Assembly (NCBI RefSeq): GCF_006345805.1
Contig: NC_043010.1
Location: 52,700,001-52,764,000, forward strand
Source of the DNA: Octopus sinensis
Lineage: Eukaryota
DNA length: 64,000 nt
Reading direction: 5' to 3'
Under the pieces are notes generated by a model that saw only the letters and a list, made by a program, of their open reading frames with translations, did not search any database and was not told the origin of the DNA. Position numbers and translations under genes: made by a program. Shown piece by piece: positions 24,692 to 38,149 of the stretch; the first letter of the stretch is position 1; every line of letters starts with the position of its first letter.

Positions 24692-25396
24692 ATTGTCGTG
24701 TAGTTACTGTTTATATCTCGTTCGGAGATTTATTATTATTATTATTATCATTAAGATAAGGTGCTGGCCACTAAGGGACATGTTCAACTATTTAAGGTCA
24801 AACAACTGACAAGCAAATCTGTGGTATTGAGCAGAATATTTGCTGTAGCCCATCTTTTATACCAAGACAAAACAAGGTACATAATAAGACTTCCAATCAG
24901 TTAAGACCAGAAACCATGTGAGCCACTGGCTGGTACTGCATCAGGGCATCCTATTACTGTTCATCATTATCATCATCATCATCATCCTTGTCGTTTAATG
25001 TCCGCTTTCTATACTGGCATGGGTTGGATGGTTTGACTGAGGACTGGTGAGCCAGATGGCTGCACCAGGCTCCAATCTGATCTGGCAGAGTTTCTACAGC
25101 TGGATGTCCTTCCTAACGCCAACCACTCTGAGAGTGTAGTGGGTGCTTTTACGCGCCACCGGCACGAGGGCCAATCAGGCAGTACTACTGGTAACAGCCA
25201 CGCTCAAATGGTGTTTTTTATGTGCCACCTGCACAGGAGCCAATCCAGCCGCACTGGCAATGACCTCGCTCTATTATTATCGTTATTATTATTATTATTA
25301 TTATAATTATTATTATTATTCCTTCTTTCTTCAAATTTTCTTCCGTTTCTCGCCGAGTGTTTTCCGTTATTATTATTATCATCATCATTATTATTA

Positions 25397-25458
<62 letters not shown>

Positions 25459-26536
25459 GTTACTATATCATCATTATGTAAGGTGGTGAGCTGGCAGAAT
25501 CAGCATGCTGGACAAAATAGTTTAGTGGCATTTTTCTTGGAATTTACATTCTGAGTTCAAATGCCGCTGAGGTTGACTTCACCTCTCATCCCTTTTTGAG
25601 TCAATAAAATAAGTACGAGGTGTATACTGAGGTAAATGAAATCAACTAAGTGCCTCCCCCCAAAATTTCAGGCCTTGTGACTTTAGTAGAAAGGATTAGT
25701 ATCATTATCATCATCATCTGGAGTGATGGCGCAGGAGTGGCTGTGTAGAAAGTAGCTTGCTTACCAACCACATGGTTCCGGGTTCAATCCCACTGCGTGG
25801 CATGTTGGGCAAGTGTCTTCTACTATAGCCTTGGGCCGACCAAAGCCTTGTGAGTGGATTTGGTAGACGGAAATTGAAAGAAGCCCGTCGTATATATGTA
25901 TATATATATAAGTGTGTGTGTATGTTTGTGTGTCTGTGTTTGCCCCTCTAGCATTGCTTGACAACCGATGCTGGTGTGTTTATGTCGCCGTCACTTAGCA
26001 GTTCGGCAAAAGAGACCGATAGAATAAGTACTGGGCTTACAAAGTCCTAGGGTTGATTTGCTTGACTAAAGGTGGTGCTCCAGCATGGCTGCAGTCAAAT
26101 GACTGAAACAAGTAAAAGAGAGAGTATCATTTATGTTAAGGCAGGGAATTGGCAGAATCATTAGCATGCCAGACAAAACGCTTAGGTTTAGTAGCATTTC
26201 TAGCAGTTTCATCTTCTGAGTTCAAGTTCTACCGAGGTCGACTTTGCCTTTCATGCTTTCAGGGTTGAGCACCGAAGTTGATGTAATCTACTAGATGACT
26301 CTTTTAAAATTTCAGTGCTTGTGCCCATGTAGAATGAATTATTAGTACTACTGTGGTGGTTGTGGTGGACTGACAGTGTTTTCCTAGTGTTGGAAGAATG
26401 CTTTGCGGTATTTAGTTATGATCCTTTACGTTCTGAGTTCAAGTCCTGCTGAGGTTAACATACATAAAAACAGTCATAAATAAATTTCAAGAAAACATGA
26501 ATGATTACATATACATTGCTCTGTGGTGCATGTATG

Positions 26537-26570
<34 letters not shown>

Positions 26571-26617
26571 TGTGCAAATATATATATATATCTATGTATG
26601 TGTGCATATATATATAT

Positions 26618-26659
<42 letters not shown>

Positions 26660-26688
26660 TATATATATATATATATATATATACATAC

Positions 26689-26719
<31 letters not shown>

Positions 26720-27218
26720 CATACACAAACATATGTATATTATGGTGTATGTGTGTATACATATATCTATCTATCTAACTGTATATATTGTGTGTGTGTA
26801 TGTATACATTTGTGTATGTATATGTATGTGCATATGTGTATGCATATGAATGCACACACACACATACATACACACATACCCATACATATGCATATATGTT
26901 TCATAAAGTTCTTCCCCCATCATACAAACAAATAACACCGACTAAAACCAGCAGCAGCAGCAGCACCACCACCACCACCACAACCACTACCACCACCACC
27001 ACCACCACCACCACCAGTACCACCACCACCACTGCCGCCAGTAAGAACAACAACAATTAACAACAAGAACGACGTGGGCAGTCATCTGTAACTATATATT
27101 ACATCAACCATGAACACCGTTTACAAACAAACCACGTTCACTAATGTTCAACTGAAATCAATGGGGTGTAACAGATTTGAACCGAAGCTAACACTGACCA
27201 GCTATTTGAATTAACTCT

Positions 27219-27246
27219 ATGCAAATATATGCAAATATATGTAAAT
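27219..27246 (+). promoter_or_regulatory. Tandem octamer (POU) motifs
   Basis: ATGCAAAT at 27219 and 27229 and ATGTAAAT at 27239, with 10-bp periodicity in non-repeat sequence. Confidence 0.35.
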
Positions 27247-28732
27247 AATTGTACAAACATTTTCTAGACTATTGCATGAATTAGATAAAATTTCACTAAG
27301 GCATTAATAAATGCACATAGAGTATATATATTATATATATATGTATGTATGCATGTATGTATGTATGTATATGTATATATATATATATTGTATATATGTA
27401 TATGTATATGTATTAAATATATATATATATATATTTGTGTGTGTATGTATTTATGAACATATATGTATATGTGAATAAATATATAAAAATAAACATTGAT
27501 ACACATGCATATATACACATATACACACAATTGTATGTGTATGTGCGTAAGCATGTCATCAGTAAGGCCATAACCAACTGGTTGGAACCAGTAAAAAGAT
27601 TAAAGGTGTAAGCATATACATATATCAATGCACACACGCGCACACACAGAGGCAAGCACGCGTGTACATACACACAAAAACATGCATGCAGGCACACACA
27701 CACACACACAGACACACAAACGCACACATATACACTTACTCTATCATACACACACAGAGTTTGCAAATTGTTCTCTGCTTTTACTTTAAGCTTTGAAATT
27801 TTCATCGTTTAACATGAATTGATCAGCAAGGTTACTTGTGAAACTCAGAGCAAAATTTGCAATACAATAAATGTGTACAGCTTTATTTTTTTTATGCATC
27901 CTTTTCAAGCCTAGCCAGGCTCATGGGCCCGGTTTCTAGGGTGTATGTGTTCCTCCCAGCTGGACGGGATGCCAGTCCATCGCAGCGTTACTCAAAAAAC
28001 AGGAAGAAAAAGTGAGAGAAAGTTGGCGCGAAAGTGTACTGCAGGGGTGACCCCCCCCCCTGCCAGAGCCACGTGGAGCTTTTAGGTGTTTTCGCTTAAT
28101 AAACACACACAACGCTTGGTCTGGGAATCAAAACCACGATCCTCTGACTGCAAGTCCGCTGCCCTAACCACTGGGCCATTGCACCTCCAAATGTGTACAG
28201 TCTTACTTTATTGAGTACTTTAACACTAAATCACAGTCACACCACACACACACACACACATAAATATATATAATATTATATATATATATATATATAATAT
28301 ATATATATGTGTGTCGTGTATGTCTATCTATCTATCAATCTAATTTTTTGTGGATTAACAAAGCTACCAATGGTTTCATGTGGTGATATATACACACTTT
28401 TTAAGTGGTCCTGTTAAAAATGCTGGTAATTGCCTCCAGTTTGGTTTTGTATAATTTCTCTTAAATTTGTCCTGCATATTGTAACAAGTAATAGTACTAA
28501 GTATAGTAATAACTTAACCACTATACTGGATGCAGACTGGGTGATGATAATCTACATGGCACTCTAAACTTAAAAGTAGTAGTCACACATCTCTTTACAC
28601 ACTAAAATATACTACACACACACACGTGTGTGTGTGTGTATAAATGCTTGTCTTAATGCTCAGTTATTATAAAAACAATTCTACATTAATCTGAAGGATT
28701 ATTCCATACTTTTGTAGGGGCAGAAGTTTATT

Positions 28733-28833
28733 ATTCTTTAACAAGAACAGTATTGAAAGTGACTTCAAGGTTTCAACCAGCTTTGAAGTCCGAAACTTTG
28801 AAGTCACTCTCAATACTATTCTAGTTAAAGAAT
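28733..28833. repeat. Inverted repeat, about 42-bp arms, 17-nt loop
   Basis: attctttaacaagaacagtattgaaagtgacttcaaggtttc versus gaaactttgaagtcactctcaatactattctagttaaagaat; few mismatches. Confidence 0.8.
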
Positions 28834-29916
28834 TATGTATGTATGTATATATATATATATATATTGCTTACCAACCACATGGTTTCAGGTTCAGTCCCAC
28901 TGCATGACACCTTGAGCAAATGTTTTCTACTATAGCCTCGAGCTGACCAAAGCATAGTCAGTAGATTTGGTCGACGGAAACTGAAAGAAGCCCATCATAT
29001 GTATATATACAAGTATGCATGTGCGTCTGTATGTGTTTGTGTGTCTGTGTTTGTCCTCCTAACATCGCTTGACAACCGATGTTAGTGTGTTTATGTCCAC
29101 TTAACTTAGCGGTTCGGCAAAATAGACAAATAGATTAAGTACTAGGCTTACAAAGAATAAATCCTGGAGTTGATTTGTTCGAATAAAGGTGGTGCTCCAG
29201 CGTTGCCGCAGTCAAATGACTGAAACAAGTAAGAGAATAAAAGAATATGTGAGATCACAGCTGTGACCTACACCAGTGTTGCATAACCAGCCCACTCAAA
29301 AGTACCTTGGATTGTAGGGCGACATGCAGTGCTTGAGGAGATATATCGAGTCAAGTACATAAACATCAAAATGAAATCAAATAGCGATTGTAGTTGTGAA
29401 TCAAGTGCTGATAGCACGTAAAAAGCACCATCCGAACGTGGCCGATGCCAGTGCCACTTTTACAGGCATCTGTGCTGGTGGCACGTAAAAAGCACCATCC
29501 GATTGTAGTCAATGCTAGCTCCTCTGGCCCCTGTGCCAGTAGCGCATAAAAAGCACGCATTACACTCTCGGAGTGGTTGGCATTGAGAAGAGCATCCAGC
29601 TGTAGAAACACTGCCAGATCAGATTGGGCCCAGGTGCGGCCTCCTGGCTTGCCAGACCACAGTCGAACCATCCAACCCATGCCAGCATGAAAAACAGACG
29701 TTAAACGATGATGATGATGATGGTGATGAAGATGATGTTGATATTTACTTAGCTCAGGAATATAGAAGAGGAAAGAGGGATTCTGTGATATTAATTCCTT
29801 TCCCATCTACATTAGCCACCTTAGATATATAATAATATATTTATGCATGTTTAGTTGTGTGTGCCATATGTATGTACATGTGTATGTATGCATACATATA
29901 TATTATGCATATATAA

Positions 29917-29948
<32 letters not shown>

Positions 29949-29968
29949 GCATATATATATATATGCAT

Positions 29969-30000
<32 letters not shown>

Positions 30001-30086
30001 GTATAAGGGTGAAAAGGAACACACGAGTTGATATATATGAAAAACAAGTAAAAATAGAAAATGCTAAAATAATTTTATAGTGAACA

Positions 30087-30130
30087 TTTCAGTACCGGTT
30101 TCGGTCATTTTGAGACCTTTTCAACTGTAA
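30087..30130 (-). ncRNA. Second copy of the same hammerhead motif in the other Penelope repeat
   Basis: Reverse complement is identical to 32054-32097. Confidence 0.65.
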
Positions 30131-30829
30131 CAATTAAATAATTAAATTAAGAAAAATTAGAAGAAAAGTTTTTTTAAAAGAATATTTCTATAGTAGTGTT
30201 CAGATTAAGTGGCATTCTGCCTTTCTCTGACTCCCTTGTTTGCACTTGTGTGTTCGAGGTAGTTGTGAGTTCTTGGTAGGGTAGTAGAGGGAAGGCTGGT
30301 GAGGAAGGGGGGTGGGAGAATCTGGGAGTGCCCTGATGGTCGTATTTTGAATGGTCAGTGGCGGCTGGCAGTCTCAGTTCAATTCAGGATATTTATATTG
30401 ACAGGCTTGTTTATAGAATTAGCGTAGGTGTTATACTAAAAAACATTAGTGACAAACTTAAGGGTAGGGGGTGGAAAGAAGAAGAAGAAGAAGAAGAAGG
30501 AAAGAGAAGGAGAAGATGATGGATGGTGGTGATGATGATGATAACGATGATGATGAAGAAGAAGAAGAAGAAGAGAGGAGGAGAAGGGAAGATGGTGGTG
30601 ATGATGGTGGCGATGATGATGACGCCGATGATGATGATGATAACGATGATGATTTAGAAGAAGAGGAAGAAGAAGAGAAGAAAAAAACAGAGAGGGAGAA
30701 TATGAATGGGTGTAAATATAGCTATGAAGGGCTGATTAGTAATGGATTCTATGGAGTGTAGTATTTGTGTGTGTATATATATTTTTTTCTTTTATTCTAA
30801 AGTTGAGGTATATTAATTGTTTGTCGTAG

Positions 30830-31873
30830 ACCCGTTAGAAGTGGCTTGTATTTTGTAATAAAGAGATTTTCTTACTTATTCTTTGTCTCGAGGTTGTATC
30901 GTCCCTAAATTGGTAAGAGGGGAAAATTCTGAAGTTTGGTGTTTTTTTTGTTGGCGCAAGTATCTATGTGTTGGCTAAAAGCTATTTTTCTGTTTTGGGA
31001 ATTTTTATCTGGGATCTGTGCAGGGCCATTCGTTTACGCAAACCATTTTTTGTTTGGCCTATGTACTGCTCTTGACACCCCGGAGCAGGTTAGTGAGTAT
31101 ATTAGGTTCTCCGAAGCACATGTGAAGTTGCTTTTCACTGTAAACCGTTGTCCCCTGTTGAAGGAGAACTCAGAACCCTCGATTAGATAGTCGCCATATC
31201 CCGCAATTGGGTCTTCCACATTTTTTTACTGTCGGCTTCTGTGTTGAAGAGTGAATTCGGGTTTGTGTAAGGAGACTTTTCATGGATCTAGGCTGTCCTT
31301 TTGCTTATGATCGTGTGTGTTTGGAGGATTGTGTTCATTCTGTGGTCTTTTTTTAGGAGGGGTATGTTGTGGAGGATGGTGTCGAAGGCTTCGTTATTGA
31401 GAGGGTTGTGTGTGAGATGTATGGTAAGGCTTTTGGTTGTAAGTTTTTCTTTGATTTGGGATGTCTCAGTTCCTTGATGTTAAGTTGAATGCACTTGTCA
31501 ATAAGTGAAGGTGGATAGTTCCTGGTGATTAGGGTATCTTTTATTTCTTGTAGTCGTGTGTCTCTGGTGTTGCGTTAGAGACTATAGTGCATATCCTTTT
31601 TGCTAGATTGAAGGGGATATTCATCCTGGTGTGTCTGGGGTGGCATGAATTGAATGGAAGATATTGCTTAGAGTCTGTAGGCTTATAGTATATGTTTGTT
31701 TCTATTATATTATTAGCTTTCTTAATGAGGATATCGAGGAAGGGAGTTGTTGTTGGCTATATTCCATCTGAATTGGATGTTTACGTCCAGTCCGTTTAAA
31801 ATTTTCTCTGGAATTCTATGAGTTTTTTCTATATTTTTATGCCAAAGGATGAAACAGTCATCTAGATATCTCT
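30830..31873 (-). pseudogene. Frameshifted Penelope RT-GIY-YIG ORF relic
   Basis: Several frameshifts and stops; begins at the YLDD motif next to the inverted repeat. Confidence 0.85.
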
Positions 31874-32053
31874 TCCAGTTGTTTTCCTCACCAGCCTTCC
31901 CTCTACTACCCTACCAAACTCACAACTACCTCGAACACACAAGTGCAAACAGGAGTCAGAGAAAGGCAGAATGCCACTTAAATCTGAACACTACATAGAA
32001 ATTCTTTTAAAAAAACTTTTCTTCTAATTTTTCTAAATTTAATTATTTAATCG

Positions 32054-32097
32054 TTACAGTTGAAAAGGTCTCAAAATGACCGAAACCGGTACTGAAA
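32054..32097 (+). ncRNA. Minimal type-I hammerhead ribozyme motif (U3:A8 variant) in the Penelope repeat
   Basis: ttacag-TTGAAAA-GGTC-tcaaaat-GACC-GAAA-CCGGTA-ctgaaa: stem I, stem II GGTC/GACC, palindromic ACCGGT stem III and a GUA cleavage triplet. Confidence 0.65.
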
Positions 32098-32148
32098 TGT
32101 TTCACTATAAAATATTTTAGCATTTTCTATTTTTTACTTGTTTTTTTC

Positions 32149-32179
<31 letters not shown>

Positions 32180-32975
32180 GTAGACAGACAGAGATGGATT
32201 GATAGATTGATAGATAGATAAAAGGTTGGATATGTATTAACAGATATGTATATATACATTTATCTATCAATCTATCTATCTATCTATCTATCTATCTCCT
32301 TCTCTCTATCTGTCTATACACAAATATCTGTATACTGCTATGTATATATATATATGTATGTATGTATACAAATGTGTGTGCATATGTGCATGCCTAAATT
32401 CAAGCATACATCAAAACACAAAGACACACACATACACACATGTACACATACAAACAGAATCACACATTACACACCACCCACCCTATTACCACCACCCTAT
32501 TGCCACCACCACCACCACCACCACCATCACCACCACCACCTCCACCACCACCACCACCACACCCAATCGTCACAACCACCGTTATATTGCATAACAAGGA
32601 AATACACAGCAGAAGACATGGAGTTGTATTTGGCAGTGATGACGCAGGTGGTGGTGGTGGTGGTGAGAGTATGGATGTGGGTAGGGGGTGGAGGAGGAGT
32701 GAGGGCGCAGAAAAAGGGTGAGGTTTGATGGCAGAATCCGGAAATGTCGTGTTCTGCGAGAGGCCTTTGATCTTCTGCCGGAGTTCCTTGAAGCAATGGA
32801 GAAATTGAGGTCACATGACTAAGAAAAGGTTTCGATCATGTGACTGGAAATTACAGCACTCATATCTGCTGTGCGTCTCCTACCCCCACCCCCACCCCCA
32901 ACCTTCTGCTCTTCTGAGGTATAATGCACACGTGCATGATGGATTATATGTGTGCATGTGTGAGTGTACAGATAT

Positions 32976-33025
<50 letters not shown>

Positions 33026-33177
33026 CACACACACACCACACACACACAAATGTATATATTTATATGCATCTGTATAAATGTGTTTGTATATATATTATAT
33101 ATATAATATACATACACACACCATATATATAAATATATATTTATACGTATGTATGTATGCATTAGGTTTTGTATGTG

Positions 33178-33223
<46 letters not shown>

Positions 33224-33627
33224 CCAATATCATCATTTAACGACTGTCTTCAATGCTGGCATGGCTAGAAAACACAAACACACACACACTCACACTAGCC
33301 CCTGGCCAACCAAAGCCTCGTGAGTGGATTTGGTAGATGATGACTGAAAGAAGTCTGTTGTATATATATATATGTATGTGTGTATGTGTGCTTGTGATAA
33401 GTGTTTTAGAATTAGCCATAGAGCCAATAGTTTTGAGGGAGAGGGGATTAGTCAAGTCTGTCGATTCTAGTAACTCATTAGTACTTCAATTTACCAACCC
33501 CAAAAGAATAAAAAAAGCCAAGATGACTGGAAGGATTTGAAATCAGAAAGTATGGAGGTGAAATAAATAGACCAAAACAGGATTACTGAATTCAATAATA
33601 TATATGTATATATGTATATATATATAC

Positions 33628-33659
<32 letters not shown>

Positions 33660-34151
33660 CTATATATATATATATATATATCTATATCTATATATATATA
33701 TATATATTATATATATATATAAGGTCCAGGAGTGTCTGTGTGGTAGCTTGCTTACCAACCATATGGTTCCGGTTCAGTCCCACTGCGTGGCACCTTGGGC
33801 AAGTATCTTCTGCTATAGGCTCAGGCCGACCAAAGCCTTGCGAGTGGATTTGGTAGACGGAAACTGAAAGAAGCCTGTCGTATGTATGTGTATGTATGCA
33901 TGTGTGTGTATGTGTTTGTGTGTCTGTGTTTGTCCCACCCAACATCACTTGACAACGATGCTGGTGTGTTTACACCCCTGTACCTTAGCGGTTCGGCAAA
34001 AGAGACCGATAGAATAAGTACTAGGCTTACAAAGAATAAGTCCTGGGGTTGGTTTGCTTGATTAAAGGCAGTGCTCCGGCATGGCCACAGTCAAATGACT
34101 GAAACAAGTAAAAGAGTAAAGAATGCACAAAAACATTTGACATCTATACTA

Positions 34152-34194
<43 letters not shown>

Positions 34195-34672
34195 AATTAA
34201 TGCAGCAAACTGGCAGAATTGTTAGTCCACTGGACAAAATGCTTAGCCACGTATTGCCTGTTGCTACATTCTGAGTTCAAATTCCGCCTAGGCTGACTTT
34301 ATCTTTCATCCTTTCGGGGTTGATAAATTAAGTACCAGTCAGTAGGGTCAATGTAATCGACTAGTCCTCTACCACAAAACTGCTGCCATTGTGGCAAAAT
34401 TTGAAACCATTATTATTATTACTATTATCATTATTATTATTATCATTATTATTACTATAAAGGTGGCAAGCTGGCAGTCGTCAGCAAGCCGGGCGAAATG
34501 CTTAGTGGTACTTTGTCTGAGTTCAAATTCTACCAAGGTTGATTTTTGTCTTTAATTCTGTTGGGGTTGATAAATTAAGTACTAGTAAAACACTGGAGTA
34601 GATGTAAACAACTAGTCCCTTCCCACCAAATTTCAGGCCTTGTGCCTACAACAGAAAGGATTATTATTATTA

Positions 34673-34705
<33 letters not shown>

Positions 34706-35873
34706 TAAATGGCACCCATGGTGGTGGCACATGAAAGCATTATGCTGTGCTTGAGAAGAAGACACATCAAGCCAAGTAAAACTGCAGTTGTGACAGATAC
34801 TGGTGTCACATAACTGGCACCCATGCTGGTGGCACGTAAAAGCAGCCCTTACATTTTCAGAGTGGTTGGCAATAGGAAGGACATCCAGCTGTAGAAACCA
34901 TGCCAAAACAGACTGGATCCTGGTGCAGTCTTCCAGTTTGCCAGCCCTGGTCAAACTGTCCGACCCATGCCAGCATGGACAACAGGTGTTAAATGATGAT
35001 GATGAACTTACCAAACATTTTGCATTAAATGGTTGCAATTTTGAAAAACTTGAAAGTGCATATTCCCAGAAAATATTCTGAGACTGCTACACTTTCAATA
35101 CTCAAAATGCATGAGAAGAAATATGTTTGTGGGTTATTAACACCATGCCCTGGACAAATTAATAAAATGACAGGAGAATTTCATCAAATTTACACAAAAC
35201 TGTTTGATTAAATATTCTTCTTTTTCCTTTCTTCTTTTCATGTTTTTCTATCTTTTTCTTTTTACCAGTTGTAAAATTGAACTTTGAAGACTGATGATGT
35301 CATTCCATCAATGTGTAGATACTGGTTACTCTTGTCATATTTTGGATTTGAATATCTATAATTTAGAATTTTTATTACTTTTCATTTGAACTCGACAAAG
35401 ACAGGCTTGCTGTCAAAATATCGTTCAAACAATGAAATACCCATTGCAATTGCATCGCACCTTTCATATTGTCTATTTACCTTTGTGAAGAGTTACGTCA
35501 ATTCTTTTAAAATATCATCATTATTATTACTATTATTATTAATATGCACCATAGAAGTTGACTTTGCCTTTCATCCTTTCGGGGTCAATAAATTAAGTAC
35601 CTGCGAAACACCGGGGTTGATGTAATCGACTCATCCCCTCCCCCAAAATGGCTGCCCTTGAGGCAAACTTTGAAACCATTATTATTATTATCATTATTAT
35701 TGTTGTTCATTTTGTTTGTCCTACACAAGTACATGTGTATTTATTATTATCATATTTATTTTATTCATTTAAAAAAAAATTGAAGCATATCTTTGACAAT
35801 TCTAGAGTGTAGTGAACTTAAAATTGTGCATGACCTTATACATATATATATACATACATAGATAGATACATAC

Positions 35874-35939
<66 letters not shown>

Positions 35940-37493
35940 CTATATGAGTATACAGACACACACAATACACTTGAAAATATCCTTATATATTTCCTTTTGT
36001 TAAGTAGGGTGGGATTTGAAGAAGATTTGGTTGCAATTACTAGCAACTCAAGTGACTACATTGAGGCTTCCATATTAATTCAGTAAACACTTTTCTCTTT
36101 TAAGCAGAAAGTTGAAATCTCTTAACGTGAATGACAACAAGGTTTACCAGAACTTTGAAAAGGTTAAAAAGCATGATATATAATGGTAAATCAATTCAAC
36201 GCCTACACTGTTTTAGGTAAGAACTTGTAATATTTTCCACCAGGCATGGCTGTGTTGTTAAGCTTGCTACTCAATCATGTGGTCTTGGGTTCAGTTCCAC
36301 TGCATAGCACCTTGCGAAAATATCTCTTACTATAGCCCTGGGTTGATTAATGCCTTGTGAGTGGATTTGGGAAATGGAAACCAAAGGAAGCCCCTCATAT
36401 ATGTGTTAGTGCATGTATGTTGATCTGTGTGTCTGTCTTTGTGCTTTCTTTGCCCTTCACAACTGCTTGACAACTGGTGTTGGTTTGTTTATATCCTTAT
36501 AACTTAGTGGCTCAGCATAAGACACCAGGCCTTAAAATAAATACCAGGGTCAATTTGTTCACCTAAAATCTGTCAAGGCATGGCCAGCATGGCTGTAATC
36601 CAATGACTAAAATAAGCAAAAGATAAAAGATAACCAGACTCTTACTTTCTCTCTCTCTCAACATATGTATGTGTATATATATATACCCACACAAATACCA
36701 TATTTCTTTATGTATAACGTACACTAAATTATGGGTAATGAAATCTTGGAAAATGATATTTCTCATAATATTTTATGCATAGACTTCTTTAGTACTTCTT
36801 TAGCATGATAAAAAAAAAAATGGAATGTTTAGTCAGATCTATTATAATTGCTATATAAAGCATATTGAAAAAAGTTCACACATCCTAAACAAAAGGTAAA
36901 TTCAAAAATCCTCTTTGAACTTTACTGATGTAGGACATAAAAGTGCAGCTGTAAAATGAAAATTGTGGAAATCACATGATGATGTTTTCCACACACACAC
37001 ACACATAACTCGCTCTGAGATTTATATATATATTTCACATGAATAAATATTACACATATGTGTAGGTTTGTCAGTATAAATTTATATTATATATGTTTGT
37101 ACATATCTGTATCATTCCAGTTTTACTATATGTACTGTCATGCTTCCTCTCTTGCTGTGTGTGTGTGTGGTGTGTATTTGTGTAGGAGAGAATTCAATAC
37201 ACAGATTATTGTTTATATGTATTGATTTATGGTTTAACAGTCAAAAAATTCACTGAATTGCTACTCAGGGTTTCACATAGCTACACACTTGAAATATGTG
37301 GCTGTGATCATTCAAACTATATTGTGTGGTACTCCAGAAGATCATATGAAATATTCAGTTAAAACATAATGCTACTTACTGCCAAAACTTTGTGTTTGAA
37401 CACATACCTACAGATATATATATATATATATCTATATATATATAATATTATATATATATATATTATATTATATATATACATATATATATATAT

Positions 37494-37624
37494 AATGATA
37501 ATCGATTAAGGAGACAGAAAATGGATTTGGTATAATTCTTATATATGTGTGTGTTGTGCATACATATGTAACAAAATAAAGAGTTATACCAAATTCATCT
37601 TCTGTTTCCTTAATCGATTATTAT
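37494..37624. repeat. Small MITE or foldback, about 48-bp arms
   Basis: ataatcgattaaggagacagaaaatggatttggtataattctt mirrored by agagttataccaaattcatcttctgtttccttaatcgattat. Confidence 0.75.
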
Positions 37625-37768
37625 CTCAAGTAACACTGTGATATTCCTGAAGTAGATCCAACGGAAATATACCCCAACTTTGGATGACACCAGGTAGCCC
37701 AAACTGTGCCTGTGCTTACTCAACACAGCAACCACAGTAATTGACACATAACCATTGCTCCAAAATAT

Positions 37769-37802
<34 letters not shown>

Positions 37803-37905
37803 CGCACGTGTGCGTGTGTATGTGTGTGTATGTGTGTGTCTGTGCGTGTGTATTTATATGTATGTATATATGGAATACAAATGTTATATCTTTATAGAAT
37901 GAGTG

Positions 37906-37940
<35 letters not shown>

Positions 37941-38149
37941 TACATACTCTCTCTCCACACAAACACACACACATATATATGCCAACATGGACAACGGGCG
38001 TTAAATGATGATATATATGTATTTCACTTAAGCATTATGATATAAATAACCTAGTCTTAGAACTCAATATCCAGGTCTAAAGCTCTGATGAAGCTATAGG
38101 GTAATACTCAGGCACTCAACTATGAGTGCATTGCATCTAATAGCAGAAA

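Larger units (their letters stand above)
30038..32150 (-). mobile_element. Decayed, 5'-truncated Penelope-like retroelement (RT C-terminus + GIY-YIG) with inverted terminal repeats
   Basis: Minus-strand frames give RYLDDCFILW, LPFLDILI, NIYYKPTDSKQYLPFNSCHPRHT, and FTCASENLIYSLTCSG[frameshift]CQEQYIGQTKNGLRKRM. 30038-30306 is the reverse complement of 31884-32150. (TA)n flanks. Confidence 0.9.

Noticed and set aside
30471-30761. Acidic D/E-rich ORF
   Set aside because: A (GAA)n/(GAT)n trinucleotide tract inside the Penelope 3' region.
35292-35330. CTGATGA...gatactggtta hammerhead relic
   Set aside because: GAAA and stem II are too degraded to support a call.
36100-36180. Plus-strand exon-like segment KLKSLNVNDNKVYQNFEK (LRR-like)
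   Set aside because: A single isolated segment with no other plus-strand exons; the resemblance is too short.
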